Position numbers and translations under genes: made by a program. From Chrysomallon squamiferum (Eukaryota > Animalia > Mollusca): 64,000 nucleotides of DNA. Below the pieces are notes generated by a model. The model saw nothing but the letters and a program-made list of their open reading frames with translations, had not been told where the DNA came from and made no database searches. Below are positions 50,625 through 64,000 of the stretch, piece after piece (within the stretch, counting starts at the first letter, position 1; each line of letters starts with the position of its first letter). Where the stretch lies: positions 9,238,001 to 9,302,000 of the forward strand of contig CM022669.1 in NCBI GenBank assembly GCA_012295275.1, in the 5' to 3' direction.

Positions 50625-53170
50625 TTTTTTTTTTTAAATGTTATATATTATTATTATTAATTTTATAAAAATGTTGTAATTTCTTCTTCCCTTTATATAA
50701 AACACACACACACACACACACAACACACACTCAAACACACACACACATGTTACCATTATTGTTTTTGTTGTTCTTTAAAAATATACTTGTATCAACAACA
50801 TTAGTATGGGCATTATTCTTCTATAATAAACAAGCTTCATCCTAAGAAACAAAACAAAAAAAACCCAAACAAAACAAAAAAGAAAAAGAAATAAAAAGAA
50901 AACACACAAAAGCGCCGCATGCTGAACGCCATTGACACATTTTATTATTCCAGCAACGAACAACAACCTTCACAACGTCGATCTTTTCAGCCTAGCAACA
51001 GCAGCGCTGACGTCGGTCGATTTGTGCACTGACTGGCTGAGAGATTTAAACAAGACGAGAACACAGAAACAACAGCGAGAGATTCAATACACGTCTCAGA
51101 TCTCATCTACACTGTGTGTTCACTGACTACACCCTTCATAGCACAGACAGCTGTCTGACAGATATACACACACACACACATATATACCCGCACATATACA
51201 CACACATATACACAGATATACATACACGCATACACGGACATATACACACATAAAGATATACATTAAATATATATATATATATATATATTCCTTTCTATGT
51301 ACTTGGTGTGAATATATTATGGAATATGTCTGTGTGTGTGTGTGTGTGTGTGTGTATGTTTAGAAGTATATATCTCTATTTCTCTCTACCTCATTCTCTC
51401 TGTTTATATATTTGTCTATTACCTCTCTAACTTTCTGTATATTTGTCTGTATGTCTGTCTGTCTATTTAGTATCTACTTATATCTATTGATTTGTCTTTC
51501 TGTTTATTTATCTCTCTGTCTGCCTGTCTCCGTGAAATGTATCATCACAAATCACAACACAAGATAATATCCCCCACCACCACCACCACCACCACCACCC
51601 TCCCCTCTTCATCCCCACAGACCCGCCCTACCTGACTTGCCTGCAGCTGTGGTTAAAACGTACCATGTTGCCGCGTCATGGGGTAACTCGGGTCACTAAT
51701 GAGAAAATTTCCAACATCTCCTTGCTGCAAGTGCAAAACAAGAATAATTACATGTACAAAAAACAAAAAAAAACACCATAAAAACACCATAGCAAGCTAC
51801 GGCTGGCATTTGCATTAAAAACACACTAACAAAAAAAAAAAAAAAAATTTAAAACAGAAGAAGAAAAAAATTTTAAGCTGGAAGCGCTAAATTAACAAGT
51901 AGAAAAAAAAAAAAAAAAAAAAAAAAAGTTAAAAATAAATTTAAAAAAAAAAAGAAAAGAGAAGAGAGAAGAAAAGAAAACGAGAGAAAATATCTGACAC
52001 CGAAGAAGAAGAAGAAGAAAAAAAAGTAATAATAACACGTTAGTATTCGTAGTCATGTATGTGTTTAATTGCTTGTGAACACGTTTGCAAGGGCACGTTT
52101 GTTGTTTTAGTAAATAGCAGAGTTTATAGCACGTATAAGTGGTGTTGTTTTTTTTTAAATATTTTTTTTATATAGATATCTGTATATTGGAAGAATGCAT
52201 TTCGTCTTTTTATTGTTATATATTTGTGAGCCGTTCATTATAAATTATTAATATAAAGTTGATTAATGTGACTTCTTTATCTACTGTAGACTACTTTATC
52301 TGCTCTTTGATAAACCAGTTATTTTATTTATTTTTTTGCAACACCGAATAAATAAATTTAATTTGTATATTTCACATGTGGGTTTCATTTAATCAAACAT
52401 ATACATATATTTTTATGTGTTTCTGATTTTAATCAGATTTTATCCACTAAACCTTTTTCATTCTGACAAGAAGCAATTCAGCCTCCACAGTAATAAATAA
52501 TGTAAACAATGCTGAACGTCTCATTAAACTATCACGTGACTAACTGCCGCCCCATGCCCTTTCATTCCCCCAGTTCATTCATCACTCCCTGACATGCTGC
52601 ATGTTTCAGCTTTCTGAAACCAGTTTCGGTTTCGGGTGACCTGTCAGCTAAAGGGTTAACGCTTTAGGATCAAGTCAAATTATACGAATTAGTTTTCTAG
52701 AATGGGATAAAATTTACACCGCGATAAACAACCGCATTTTGGAGATTTTGTCAGAGATTTTATTTTTATTATTTCTTTTTTTTTTTTCTTTCTTTCTTTC
52801 TTTCTTTTCTTTCTATATATTTGTTTATTTTCATTGTTAGTTATTAGATTTCTTGTTTATACTATAATCCCTAGATGATGTCTGTAGAAAAAAACCCAAA
52901 CAAACAAACACAATCAAAAAACACCCCAAAACCCAATAATAATAAAATAAAATAAAATAAACGAATAAATAAATAAGTAAATAAATAAATAAATAAATGA
53001 CAACACTAATACAAAAGCCGTCATGTACAGGTTTTTGTGAAACTTATTTGATTACGTGATAATGTGAAAGGGGAGTGGAAAAAAAAAAAGAGAGATAAAT
53101 TGTTTATTTGACAAACTAGTTAATTTATCATGCATACAGAAAATATAAAATAAAATAAAACATCATTAAC

Positions 53171-53243
<73 letters not shown>

Positions 53244-53318
53244 TATAAAAAGGTTGTTGATTCTGTTTGGAAAATAAAGGGTCAAGATGAGAGAAACAGA
53301 AAGAGACATACAAGATAC

Positions 53319-53398
<80 letters not shown>

Positions 53399-53718
53399 TG
53401 TATAAATATTATGCTACATCACTTTGTGGAGAGAAGGTCATAAAAACAAGAATATTTTCTGGATGAACGCGTTTACAGTTTCAACACATGCAGACGAGTG
53501 TGTGTGTGACTATATGTGTAGATGTGTGGATGTATATGTGTAGATATACTAGACACGGATGAAGAGACATTTAATAAACTGGAAACAGATGTACGAATGA
53601 CAGTTCTGCTGTGTTCACTGCTATCAAGTTTAGTGTCACGTATCTGTATATGCGTATCACACCCACATGTTACTTTATTTACATATCTACAACTCATGAA
53701 GGAAATATCCAGTTTTTA

Positions 53719-53802
<84 letters not shown>

Positions 53803-54077
53803 ATAAATTAGATGAAAGAAAGAAAAGAAAAGAAAAAAAAAAAAAAGAAGATAATGAATGGAGAAAGAGACAAAAACAGAAAGAATGAAAACAAACCAGG
53901 AGATTAAAGCAGGAAGAATGAAAGAAAGAATAGAAAGAAAAAACAGAAAGAAAGAAAGAAAGAAAGTAATGAATGAATGGAAAAAAAAGGAAACAAATAA
54001 AGAAACAACAAAAAAGAAACAATGAATGAATGAATGGAAGAAAATGAAAGAAAGGAAAATGAAACTAAAGGAAAAAA

Positions 54078-54122
<45 letters not shown>

Positions 54123-54601
54123 CTCTGATCGATCAAATGCACGTTTACAAAGATGTCTGACATATTTTCTGTATCACATTCCCGGATCGATGAATTCGTT
54201 GCCGAGTTTTCCTAGCACGAGACGGACGACGTCAAGGAAAAAGCAGACGATTCATTTCGAATAAATCTGCTGCATGTATCTGAACCAGTCATCTCCCAAT
54301 GGTAAACTGCTCTCGAGAAATAAAACTGATTTTGACACGCCTGCAGGTTAATATCTTTTCAACAGTTTAATGTACGACTTTCAGATATTAATGTTCACAT
54401 TCTCATATAAAATAAAATAATAATAAAGAAAAAAAAAAAAAGAAAAAAAAAAAAAAAAAAAAAAGGAAGAAAGATATATATAGGGTCATTCAAATGTTTA
54501 TAATATATATTATCTTGTTGTTCTGATGATGGTGTTCATGATGATGATGATGATGATGATGATGATGGTGAAGAAGAACAGAAAGAAGAAGGAAACGTTT
54601 A

Positions 54602-54760
54602 GAAAGTGAAAGAAAACAATACAACAGTAAAAAAAGAAAATGATGAGTGAAAGATTAAAAAAAAAAAAAAAAAAAAAAAGAAAGAAAACAATACAACAGT
54701 AAAAAAGAAAATGATGAGTGAAAGATTAAAAAAAAAAAAAAAAAAAAAAAAAAGAAAGAA
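54602..54760. repeat. About 75-bp tandem duplication ending in poly(A)
   Basis: AAGAAAACAATACAACAGTAAAAAAGAAAATGATGAGTGAAAGATT(A)n occurs twice in succession. Confidence 0.85.
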
Positions 54761-54926
54761 AAAAGTTAATCACATTTCAAACACAATTCAAGACTAGCAT
54801 TACTGGTGAGAAAGAAAGAAAAAAAACAATAAAAAAAAAAACCTGCAGGACGTATTTCTAGTTATATCCGTTTTATGTAGCCGCGTGCAAATTGTAAATA
54901 TATCTAAGTACGTTCTTTGAAGCTCG

Positions 54927-54940
54927 GTTGCTATGACAAC
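54927..54940. promoter_or_regulatory. RFX X-box
   Basis: GTTGCTATGACAAC. Confidence 0.45.
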
Positions 54941-56074
54941 GTCACAAGTAGATTAACAAGGCAGGGTCTGGTTAGCTGCCTATGTGGTGTAGATTCACTG
55001 ATCTTGTCAAAATAATCACCAACAGATGCCATCACGCATACAAACAGGTTATCTTTCCGGCCGGCTCTAGCCGTCCCGTTTGTGAATAGGCACGTCCTGA
55101 TGTGCAAACAGGGATCCCAGACCGTAATGGGAGTGACCGGTAACCTAATTTTTGTAAAATGATGTGCTTTTTCGTGTCGCCTGAGACAAAGCGAATAAAA
55201 GTGATTTTCTTTTTCCTTCTTTTTTTTTTTTTTTTGTTGTTGTTTTGTTGTTGTTTTTTCTTGATGTTTTATTTTTTCATTATTATTATTCTTTTTTATT
55301 TCTTTCAAATTTTTATTTGTATTTCAAATTTATGTTTTTATTTATTTATTTATTTATTTATTTACTTATTTATTTATTTTAATTACATTTATGTTTGGAT
55401 ATAAAAAGATATTTGTGATAAGAATTTATAAAACATTTTTTTGTTCTCTTTTTCTTTCTTTTTTAATTATTTTTATGTTCAGTATATGTATATTGTGTTC
55501 GTGAATGTACGAAAGTACATATGTACACAGGAATGGATGTATTGCTGTATTTGCTAAATTTTAATCAAATTATTTCCTCTTTTTTTTTTTTCTATTTTGT
55601 CGAGCTTATTTAATTTTATTGAAGTCAGTTGGCTTTATATGGAGGTTTTTACACCCATGATTCATAAAGGGTTATTTATTAAATCCATATATTTGTCATT
55701 TATTTCCTAATCATATGCGTAGGTGCGGCTGAATCGTGACCTTCTTTTCCTTTTTTTTCCTTCATCTTATTCCTACCCTATTACACCCTCCATCCAGCCC
55801 CCTCCCCTGCTGTCTTTATTGTGATAATAATAATAAATCGTCTCTGTCATGAACTGAAAAGAATTTCAAACGGGCGAGAAAGCCGACAGCTGTAATCCGA
55901 AACCTTACGAAGTGAAACCTCCGACTGAGCCGAGCTTGATCGATGTGTGTGTCCAATGAGATTACGAGTTTTGTGTTCTCTTTGATGCGATTGGCTGTGT
56001 CCACGGTCGGGTGATCGCAGGCAAAACTGCTTGGAGCTTTTTGGCATGGAGCCAAGTAATCATTTTTTTTTTTT

Positions 56075-56114
<40 letters not shown>

Positions 56115-56205
56115 GCCGACTAATGAAGAAGGGTTTTGTTGTTGAAACTTTTTATTTTTATTTTTTATTTTTGTTATTATTATTATTATTAATAGTTATT
56201 ATTAT

Positions 56206-56241
<36 letters not shown>

Positions 56242-56479
56242 TCTTCCTTTCATTTTTTCTTTTTTTTTTTTTTTTTCTATTTTCTTTTTTATTTCTTTTC
56301 TTTCCTTTTTTTTTTTCTCTCATGCTGTTAAAACGTTCGTGACAATACAAATTTATCAAAGAGTCTTTCTCGAAAGAAATAAATTATTAAACTCGCTGTG
56401 AGAACAGAAAAACCACCGCGTCCCGGAAGGAATAAAAATACAACACATTGTAAAATGTTTGACTGGCTATACGAATCCA

Positions 56480-56531
<52 letters not shown>

Positions 56532-56995
56532 GTTATAACTCTATGATTATCTTTTTTTTTAATTACTGTTCATTTTCTTTCATTTTTTCTTTCTTTCTTT
56601 CTTATTTTTATTCATTTGTTTTCTATTTCTCTCTGTCTCTCTCTGCCTGATGATGTTTACATCAGTTTTTCTTTTGTTTTTTTTTTTGTTTGTTTATTCA
56701 TTTTGTTTTATTTATGGTTTTGTTTATGTTCCAATTTGTTTGGTTTTGCATAAAAGTAAATAAAATATAAAAGTAATAAAGTAATAAAATGTTGTTATTG
56801 AGTGGCAAATTTACGTCTTTAAAAAGTAATTTAAATTTAACAAAGAAACCAACAAACTATTCAGTTAACTAAGTAACTAACTAACTAACTAAATAAAAAA
56901 TATATTACCACATTTAAGGTAATAAAAAATAATTTATTTCTGTTGCTTTGTTTCTCAATTCACAAAATTTACAAAATAACCATTTAAAAAAAAAA

Positions 56996-57026
<31 letters not shown>

Positions 57027-57471
57027 AATTTTAAAAAATCAAACTTTATTTATGTGTTTAAAATTCAATCTGTAATTACTGCATACTTTCAAGCTGATAT
57101 CTTTTACACGACTTGAGTTTCCAAGGTGAAGGTAAGAAAAACATGAGTGCAGACGCACTAAATGTGATATATAGATGTAATTTACATACACATATCTTGC
57201 ACTTGTAAAACAGTTATTTAATTTGTATTGGCCATGACAGGTATAATATCATTTTTAAAACACAGTAAAATAGAATACATCCAGAAACTATTTTGTAGGT
57301 GTAAGTGATATGTATTTAATAATATATATATATATATATTAAATTTTCTTTCGTAATATTTATTTAAAACATTTATTTATTTACTTATTTATTTTATTTG
57401 TTTGGTTATGTTAATTCTCACCTTATAAGATTTCTTATATATATATATATATATACATACATGTATATAAT

Positions 57472-57485
57472 GTTGCCATGGAAAC
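57472..57485. promoter_or_regulatory. RFX X-box
   Basis: GTTGCCATGGAAAC, a canonical X-box. Confidence 0.5.
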
Positions 57486-57596
57486 GTGGGCAGGTGCTAC
57501 ATTGCGTCAGACAGTCACTGAAGGTCACTGTGACATTTTACTTTTCACCTGGCAGTACCTGTCTGTTACACCTGTGTGAAATTAACACGTGTACAA

Positions 57597-57639
<43 letters not shown>

Positions 57640-58559
57640 CTAAAGTATTTTCTACATACCGAATACACATTTCATTTTCAATTAATTGTAAACCAGTGAC
57701 TTTTAAATAATTAAGAATCCATTCCTACCTGACAATAATACCATTTTTGTTTTCCGTCTGTCTGTCTGTGTGTCTTTTTCTGTTACTTTTATTTCATCAT
57801 TTGCACTCGTCTTTTCTCGATAATAATTAAATATATTTAGTTACGTGTCTCTCGTTCATCTGATAATATGTGTGTCTGTTTTCGAGAAATGGGAGTAGAA
57901 TTAGAAAAAACATTTTGTTTAATGCTATTAATTTTCAATTTTATTTATTTATTTAATTTATTTGTTTTTTTACTTTATTTAATTATTTTATTTTTAATTT
58001 TACTTAATTTTTTTTTATTATTAGGTTGTTTTTTTTTTTTAATTATTATTTTAATGACACCCATCTTGAATTTCTGTATTTCTTTATCCTTTTGTTCTTT
58101 CTTTCTATCTGTCTGTACTTCTCTTTCTCTCATTTTACAACACATTAGCAGACATATATTTACGACATCTATTATGAACAAGAATTTAATCCAGTTTATT
58201 TCTCAGACACGAAATTTAATACATATTTATATAAAATAATCCTACTCGATCACACAACGAGGCCAATAAATCACTTACATGAGATCTATAAATCAGTATG
58301 AATGAGCGAAATTCGAAACTCTAGGCTTTGTAGAAACTCTCGTTAAACTTCGATAAAGATCGCTGGGCTTCGCATCGATCCGTGCATTCGTCTCGATTTA
58401 ACGAGACATCGCGGTGCGCGCGCTCCCTGGGAAATTAGCCACAGACACACACACATGTATATTTCATGTTGGATTCACGTTGCTGAATTAGACCAGGAAC
58501 TTGCAGTCGATGAAATATGCAATCTGCTATTCGTCTGCAGCGGCCTCTAACAATTATGA

Positions 58560-58592
<33 letters not shown>

Positions 58593-59157
58593 GTCTGAAA
58601 TTGATTTTCTTTTCTCTTCTTCTTCTTCTTTTTCTTTATTTATGTTTTTTATCTTTAATTCTCTTTATAGTTTATACGAGATTGATGAGATTTCGGAACA
58701 GATTTAGTCATTCGCCTACTCACTTATTTTTTCACTGATGTTATACGCAAGAAAAAAAAAAAAAAAAAAAAAACATTATTTATTTTTGTTTTCGTTTATA
58801 TCTTTCTTCTGTTTTAAATAAAAGTGTTTTCTCTCTTTTTAATCTTTCTTCCTCATTCGTTTCTTCTGTCTCTTTCTCTCATTCCTCTTATCTGCAATCT
58901 CTGTTTCTATGTATCTCATTCTTCTTACAATTATTTATTTATTTACTTATTTATATCTTTACTTACTTATTTACTTACTGTTGTTGTTTTTTTTATCTGT
59001 CTATCTCTCTCTCTATCTATTTGTTTCTTTATTTTTAATATATTTATTTACATTATCTTCTTATTTCTTTTTCTTCCTCCTTTTTTCTTCTTCCTTTTTT
59101 CTTTTTTTCTTTCTCTAATATTTCTCTCCTTCTCTCCTTTCCCTTACCGTGCACGCT

Positions 59158-59198
<41 letters not shown>

Positions 59199-60223
59199 TC
59201 TAAATTATCTCACACACATATAGTGACAAGATTACCAGTAAGAAACTCGCCAAATGATACTTGATAGCCTGCTACCAAATTGAAATCTTAGCGATAACAG
59301 ACCCCGCTTACATAACAAACACTGGCAATTCCCGGAGGCCAAACAGAGCCGCAGTTGTTAGACGGTTGCACAAAGGGCCAAAAGAAAAACAGGGGGGGAA
59401 AAATAAGCCCAAAGCAACGAGTATTTATTACTGTGTGTCAAAGAAAGGTTTGCACTGAGAAATCTAATATTTTGTCAGCGGCTCTGCGGGTATTTTGTGA
59501 AGTTTGAAACGTTTTGAAACAGCGATGTCTTTGTGCGTTTCATCTTGGGAAGAAGGCGGGTTATAAAATGTGATCGTTTTTTTTTTTGTTTTTTTTTTTA
59601 GGTGTTTTTTTTAAATTTTATTATTATTTTTTTTTTTTAATTCAGAACTTTCTTTATTTGAGAAGCGGTGGAAGTGTAAAATGAAAATTATACAGAGTTT
59701 TATTGTTTATTTAGTTTTAGTTGTTTGATTTTGTTTTTGTTATCACTACTTTTTTATTACTACCTGTTTTTTTTTATTATTATTACTATTTATTTATTTT
59801 TTATTATTATTCAATTTTTTTTTTTTTTTTTTTTTTTGCCTTTCCTTTCAGTTCATTTTATTTCTTATTGTTTTTATTCATTCTTTTTTTCTTTACTTTT
59901 GTGAATTTCTTTTCTTTTTTTTTCTGGTTAAGGGTCAGTTTTAGTTCTTTATTTATTTATCACATTGATGTGCTTTTATTCTGTCTTTCTGTGATGAATA
60001 TTTTTTTTAACTGTTTATCTGTTTAATAGTTTATTTGATGTTTTTACTTTGTTTGTTTGTCTGGGTGTTTTGTTGTTGTTGTTGTTGTTTTTGTTTTTGT
60101 TGTTGGTTTATTATTTATTTCTTGGAGGATCTCTATCTCTCTATCTACCTCTGTTTCTTTCTTTCTTTCTTCTTTCTCCCTTTCGATTAGGACTAGCCTG
60201 CCAAGACAGACAGACAGACAGAC

Positions 60224-60303
<80 letters not shown>

Positions 60304-61016
60304 AACAGTAAATGTCTAGGTCAGTTTAACCAGTTTTTAAGAAGACGAATATCTCTGTGAACAGAAAACAAATTATAATGTAATAAAAGATAAATTCTTT
60401 TCTTTTTTTTAAAATAATCTTACAAGACAAATTAATTTTAATCACAAGCCTCTTAACATCATTAATACTAAAAAAATTCCATTCATCTGGAGACAAAAAG
60501 AGAAAATTTAAAAATTAAAACGATAATTCAGGCTTTCAGATCACTTTTCCCCGTGTTCTCCAGTGGGAGGTGATGTCAATATCTCTTTTGATGTTTGTTT
60601 CTTTGTGACGTCAATCAAGGCGTAATTCGTATGCGATGCATAACAGGGATAGCATTTCTTTAATTACTCAACCCGATTATCACAACAAACCATACAGAAG
60701 CGATTTAAGAACATGTCGCATTAAAATAAAATTTAAAAATTATAATGATTTTTATTTTTTTTTTTCTTTATTCTCTTTTTTTTCTGGTCCGGAAATTATT
60801 AAAAAAAAAATTTAAAAAAAAGGAAAAATAAAAGACAAAGAAAAAAAAAAGAAGAAGAAGAAAAGTGAAAGAATAATGAAAGGATTTGAAGGAAAGAGGA
60901 GAATTTAATGAAAAGGAAAGAACGGGAAGAAAAAATATAAAATACAGAGTGGCACAAAAGAACGCAGAGAAATAAAGAACAATATTAAAGAAAACGAATA
61001 TAAAAAGAAAATAAAT

Positions 61017-61055
<39 letters not shown>

Positions 61056-61215
61056 TAATAAAAACTTTAAAAAATGAAAAAAATCAAAACTAAAAAGATA
61101 TGGTTGAAAAACAGAAAGAGCAAATTCAGCTAGCGAGAATAAAAAAACAATTTATCAAAGTTTCGTTTCAGCTTCTTTTATTTCAGGAACTGTTTTTTAA
61201 ACTAGTTATACAGCT

Positions 61216-61251
<36 letters not shown>

Positions 61252-62449
61252 TTCAAAACAGAGTTGTAAATCAATATTTTTTATTATTACGCTGTATTTT
61301 AATATAACTGCAAACACAACAAGTCTGATGAGGGCAAAGGCAGCACATATTTATGATGTATTTACTGTCCTGTAAAAATAAAACTTAAATATTTATAAAT
61401 ACTTTACTGCTGGGGTCAGTGACCTCGCTGTATATAATCCTCCGATATAAAGTTAGTAATGTAATTAATGTGTAATGACAGAATTTGAGACCTTTTTTTT
61501 TTCTCTCTCTCTCTTTCTTATCAGTCTGGTTTTATTTATTATCGTTTTTTTTACATTTTTTTTTTTTCTTTTTTTCTGTGTGTGTGTACGTATGTGTGTG
61601 CCTCTGTGTTTGTGTGTGTTTTAGTAATTTAAAATACTATTCAGCATATTATAAAAAAATTGACAGACAGATAGATAGATAGATAGATAGATAGATATTA
61701 TTGAATTAATCAACTGCAAACACAAGCAAAAATATACATATACAGACAAAAAAAAATAAAATAAAATAAAATAAAAAATGAAAACCAATACAAAAAAAAA
61801 ATAAAAATATATACATTAAATAAAATAAAACGTCAACTACAGCATATAAATCCTTTTAGCCCCTCCCCCCACCCTCTTATCAAATCCTGCCCGCCACCCA
61901 TTACCCTGTGCGCTGTGTTTACGTCATGAGCTGTACAAATCAATTATCATAATGTCACCACTGGGAGGTTTGCGTGGGTTTTTAACTTTGATGTCGATTT
62001 CGTTTACTCGCTCGCTCTCTCTCTCTCTCTTTGAAATCTGACGACGGCCACTGCGAGCTCGTCATATCGGTGCACGTTGCTGTTAACTCGTTATTCTTCG
62101 TTACAGACTTGTCAGAGATAGATTACTTCGTCTTCCTTGAAACGAAACAGACACAAAAATGAAACTGACTGCATGCATGCAAGATGGACGCATGTTTTGT
62201 GTTTGATAGTGTGAACATGTTTTATTTTTTTTTTTTTTTTGCCGTGTAATATTTTAATGAAACGCCTAGTGGATTTTGTTTAAAAGAAGAATAAAGGGAA
62301 GGAAAAAAAAAAAAAATATATATATATATAATTATATATTATTTATTTAGTATTTGAGAACGTTTAATCCAAAATAGTGTGTTTTGATATTATTTAAAAA
62401 TAATTGCATTTGTAAATAAATGTATGTTAGTATTAGAAGAAAAATGTAT

Positions 62450-62484
<35 letters not shown>

Positions 62485-62569
62485 TTTTCTACATTTTCCC
62501 CGAACAAATAAAACATTATTTAATTATTATTTTACATGAATTTGTTTATTTTTTTTATTTTTTTTTTTT

Positions 62570-62602
<33 letters not shown>

Positions 62603-63159
62603 TTTATCAGAAACACTAAACTAATCTGAATGTAAACAGCTGGCACTCTGCGGTGTAACAGATACGAAAATGAAATTGATATGAAATACATTGTATATCT
62701 GTTTAATAATACAGCGTCAACACCGAGTAAAAACACAGCCACGTCATCAACACCGGCAACATTCTATATCTGTCGTTTAAAAACAGGAAACGTTTTGTGT
62801 ACAGGGACGTGGTTTACAGGGACGTGGTTGTCTAAAGTGTCAAGGGGCAGTTCTACATGGGTGACGTGGTACGAGTCGTTGTTGTAGTAGGAGACGTGGT
62901 TGAGTTGCTGTAGTAGTGGTTGTGGTAGCTGTAGTAGTAGTGGTGATGATAATAGTAGTAACATTTTTTGTCTATGATGACGTTAATGATGTTTTGACAA
63001 TGATATTAGAAAAAGGCAACAATAATAGGACGCAGTAGTGATCGTAGTAGTAGTTGCTACTTTAGTTACAATATTAGCTGTAGCAGTAGTTGTGGTTGTT
63101 GCAGTATCGTTTTCATTTTTCTAAAACTGATGCTACAGCTGGAGTTAAATACTGCTATA

Positions 63160-63197
<38 letters not shown>

Positions 63198-63721
63198 AAT
63201 ACAATTTTGTTGTTTTCTGCGTAATCACATAATTTTTGAAATAATTACAGTGTAATTTTAATAACACGTGATACAGGACTAATCCCTTTCAGCTGATCAC
63301 GAGCTCTTTGCTCATTTCAGTCTGATGTCAATATCTGTAATCCGGTATAAAGTCGACCACGTGAGCTGTCAGTTACTTGAGATGTCCATTTCTAAGTGTC
63401 ATTATTCACAGAGGCAAGTGGAAAGAGGAACGCATCTTTATTGTGCTGAATGTAATTTTTCAAGATCCAGTCATTTCGTTTTTAAAGACTTTTCTATCAT
63501 GCATGATTCCATTTACATTTTAATTGCTATTTTATGACTGGAAATTAATATAAATCGATTTTTTTTTTTTTTTCCTTCCGAAGAAGAGAAACAAAAAAAA
63601 AAAAAAAAAAAAAACAAAAAAAAAAAAAAAGAGAGAGAGAGAGAGAAAAGAAGAAGAAATCAAGAAATAAAATAGTCAAAATGAAAGAAAGAATAACAAA
63701 ATTTATTCTTATAGTCTTCTT

Positions 63722-63772
<51 letters not shown>

Positions 63773-64000
63773 TTGTTATTCTTTTTTTTCTTTTCTTTCA
63801 TTTCCGTTTGACTAGATTATTTCTCATTTCTTATTTCTTTCTTTAGATATGATTTAAATCTAATATCGATCTGTTTTTCGCACACACATTTCAACATACA
63901 AAACCTGAATCTCAGAGATGAACTTCACGTTAAACTTAAGTCAGAAATTATTATATTTAGAAAAGTCTTAAAAGGCTTTAGACGAGAGAGGCAGCTGTAA

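Overview
AT-rich, microsatellite-dense eukaryotic (invertebrate-like) genomic DNA with spliceosomal introns. Positions 1-30.6 kb hold an alpha-tubulin cluster: A0 (minus, cut by the window edge), a truncated promoter-less pseudogene P (plus), A1 (minus, intact), A2 (plus, one +1 frameshift), A3 (plus, intact, with an antisense tRNA-Gln(UUG) in intron 2) and A4 (plus, two -1 frameshifts in homopolymers). The A0/P and A1/A2 head-to-head pairs are two copies of a segmental duplication. Positions 31.7-37.7 kb carry an 8-exon minus-strand gene (349 aa) joining an FBXL4-N-terminal-like beta-sandwich domain to a BTB/BACK module. Positions 38-64 kb have no recognisable coding exons but contain promoter-like islands (CCAAT pairs, YY1 motifs) and several RFX X-boxes. 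The most novel-looking signal is a conserved stem-loop (CAUYRN hexaloop, pairing preserved by wobble changes) in the 5' UTR of all five alpha-tubulin genes that retain exon 1. All motif and homology calls were made by eye or from memory, with no database searches.
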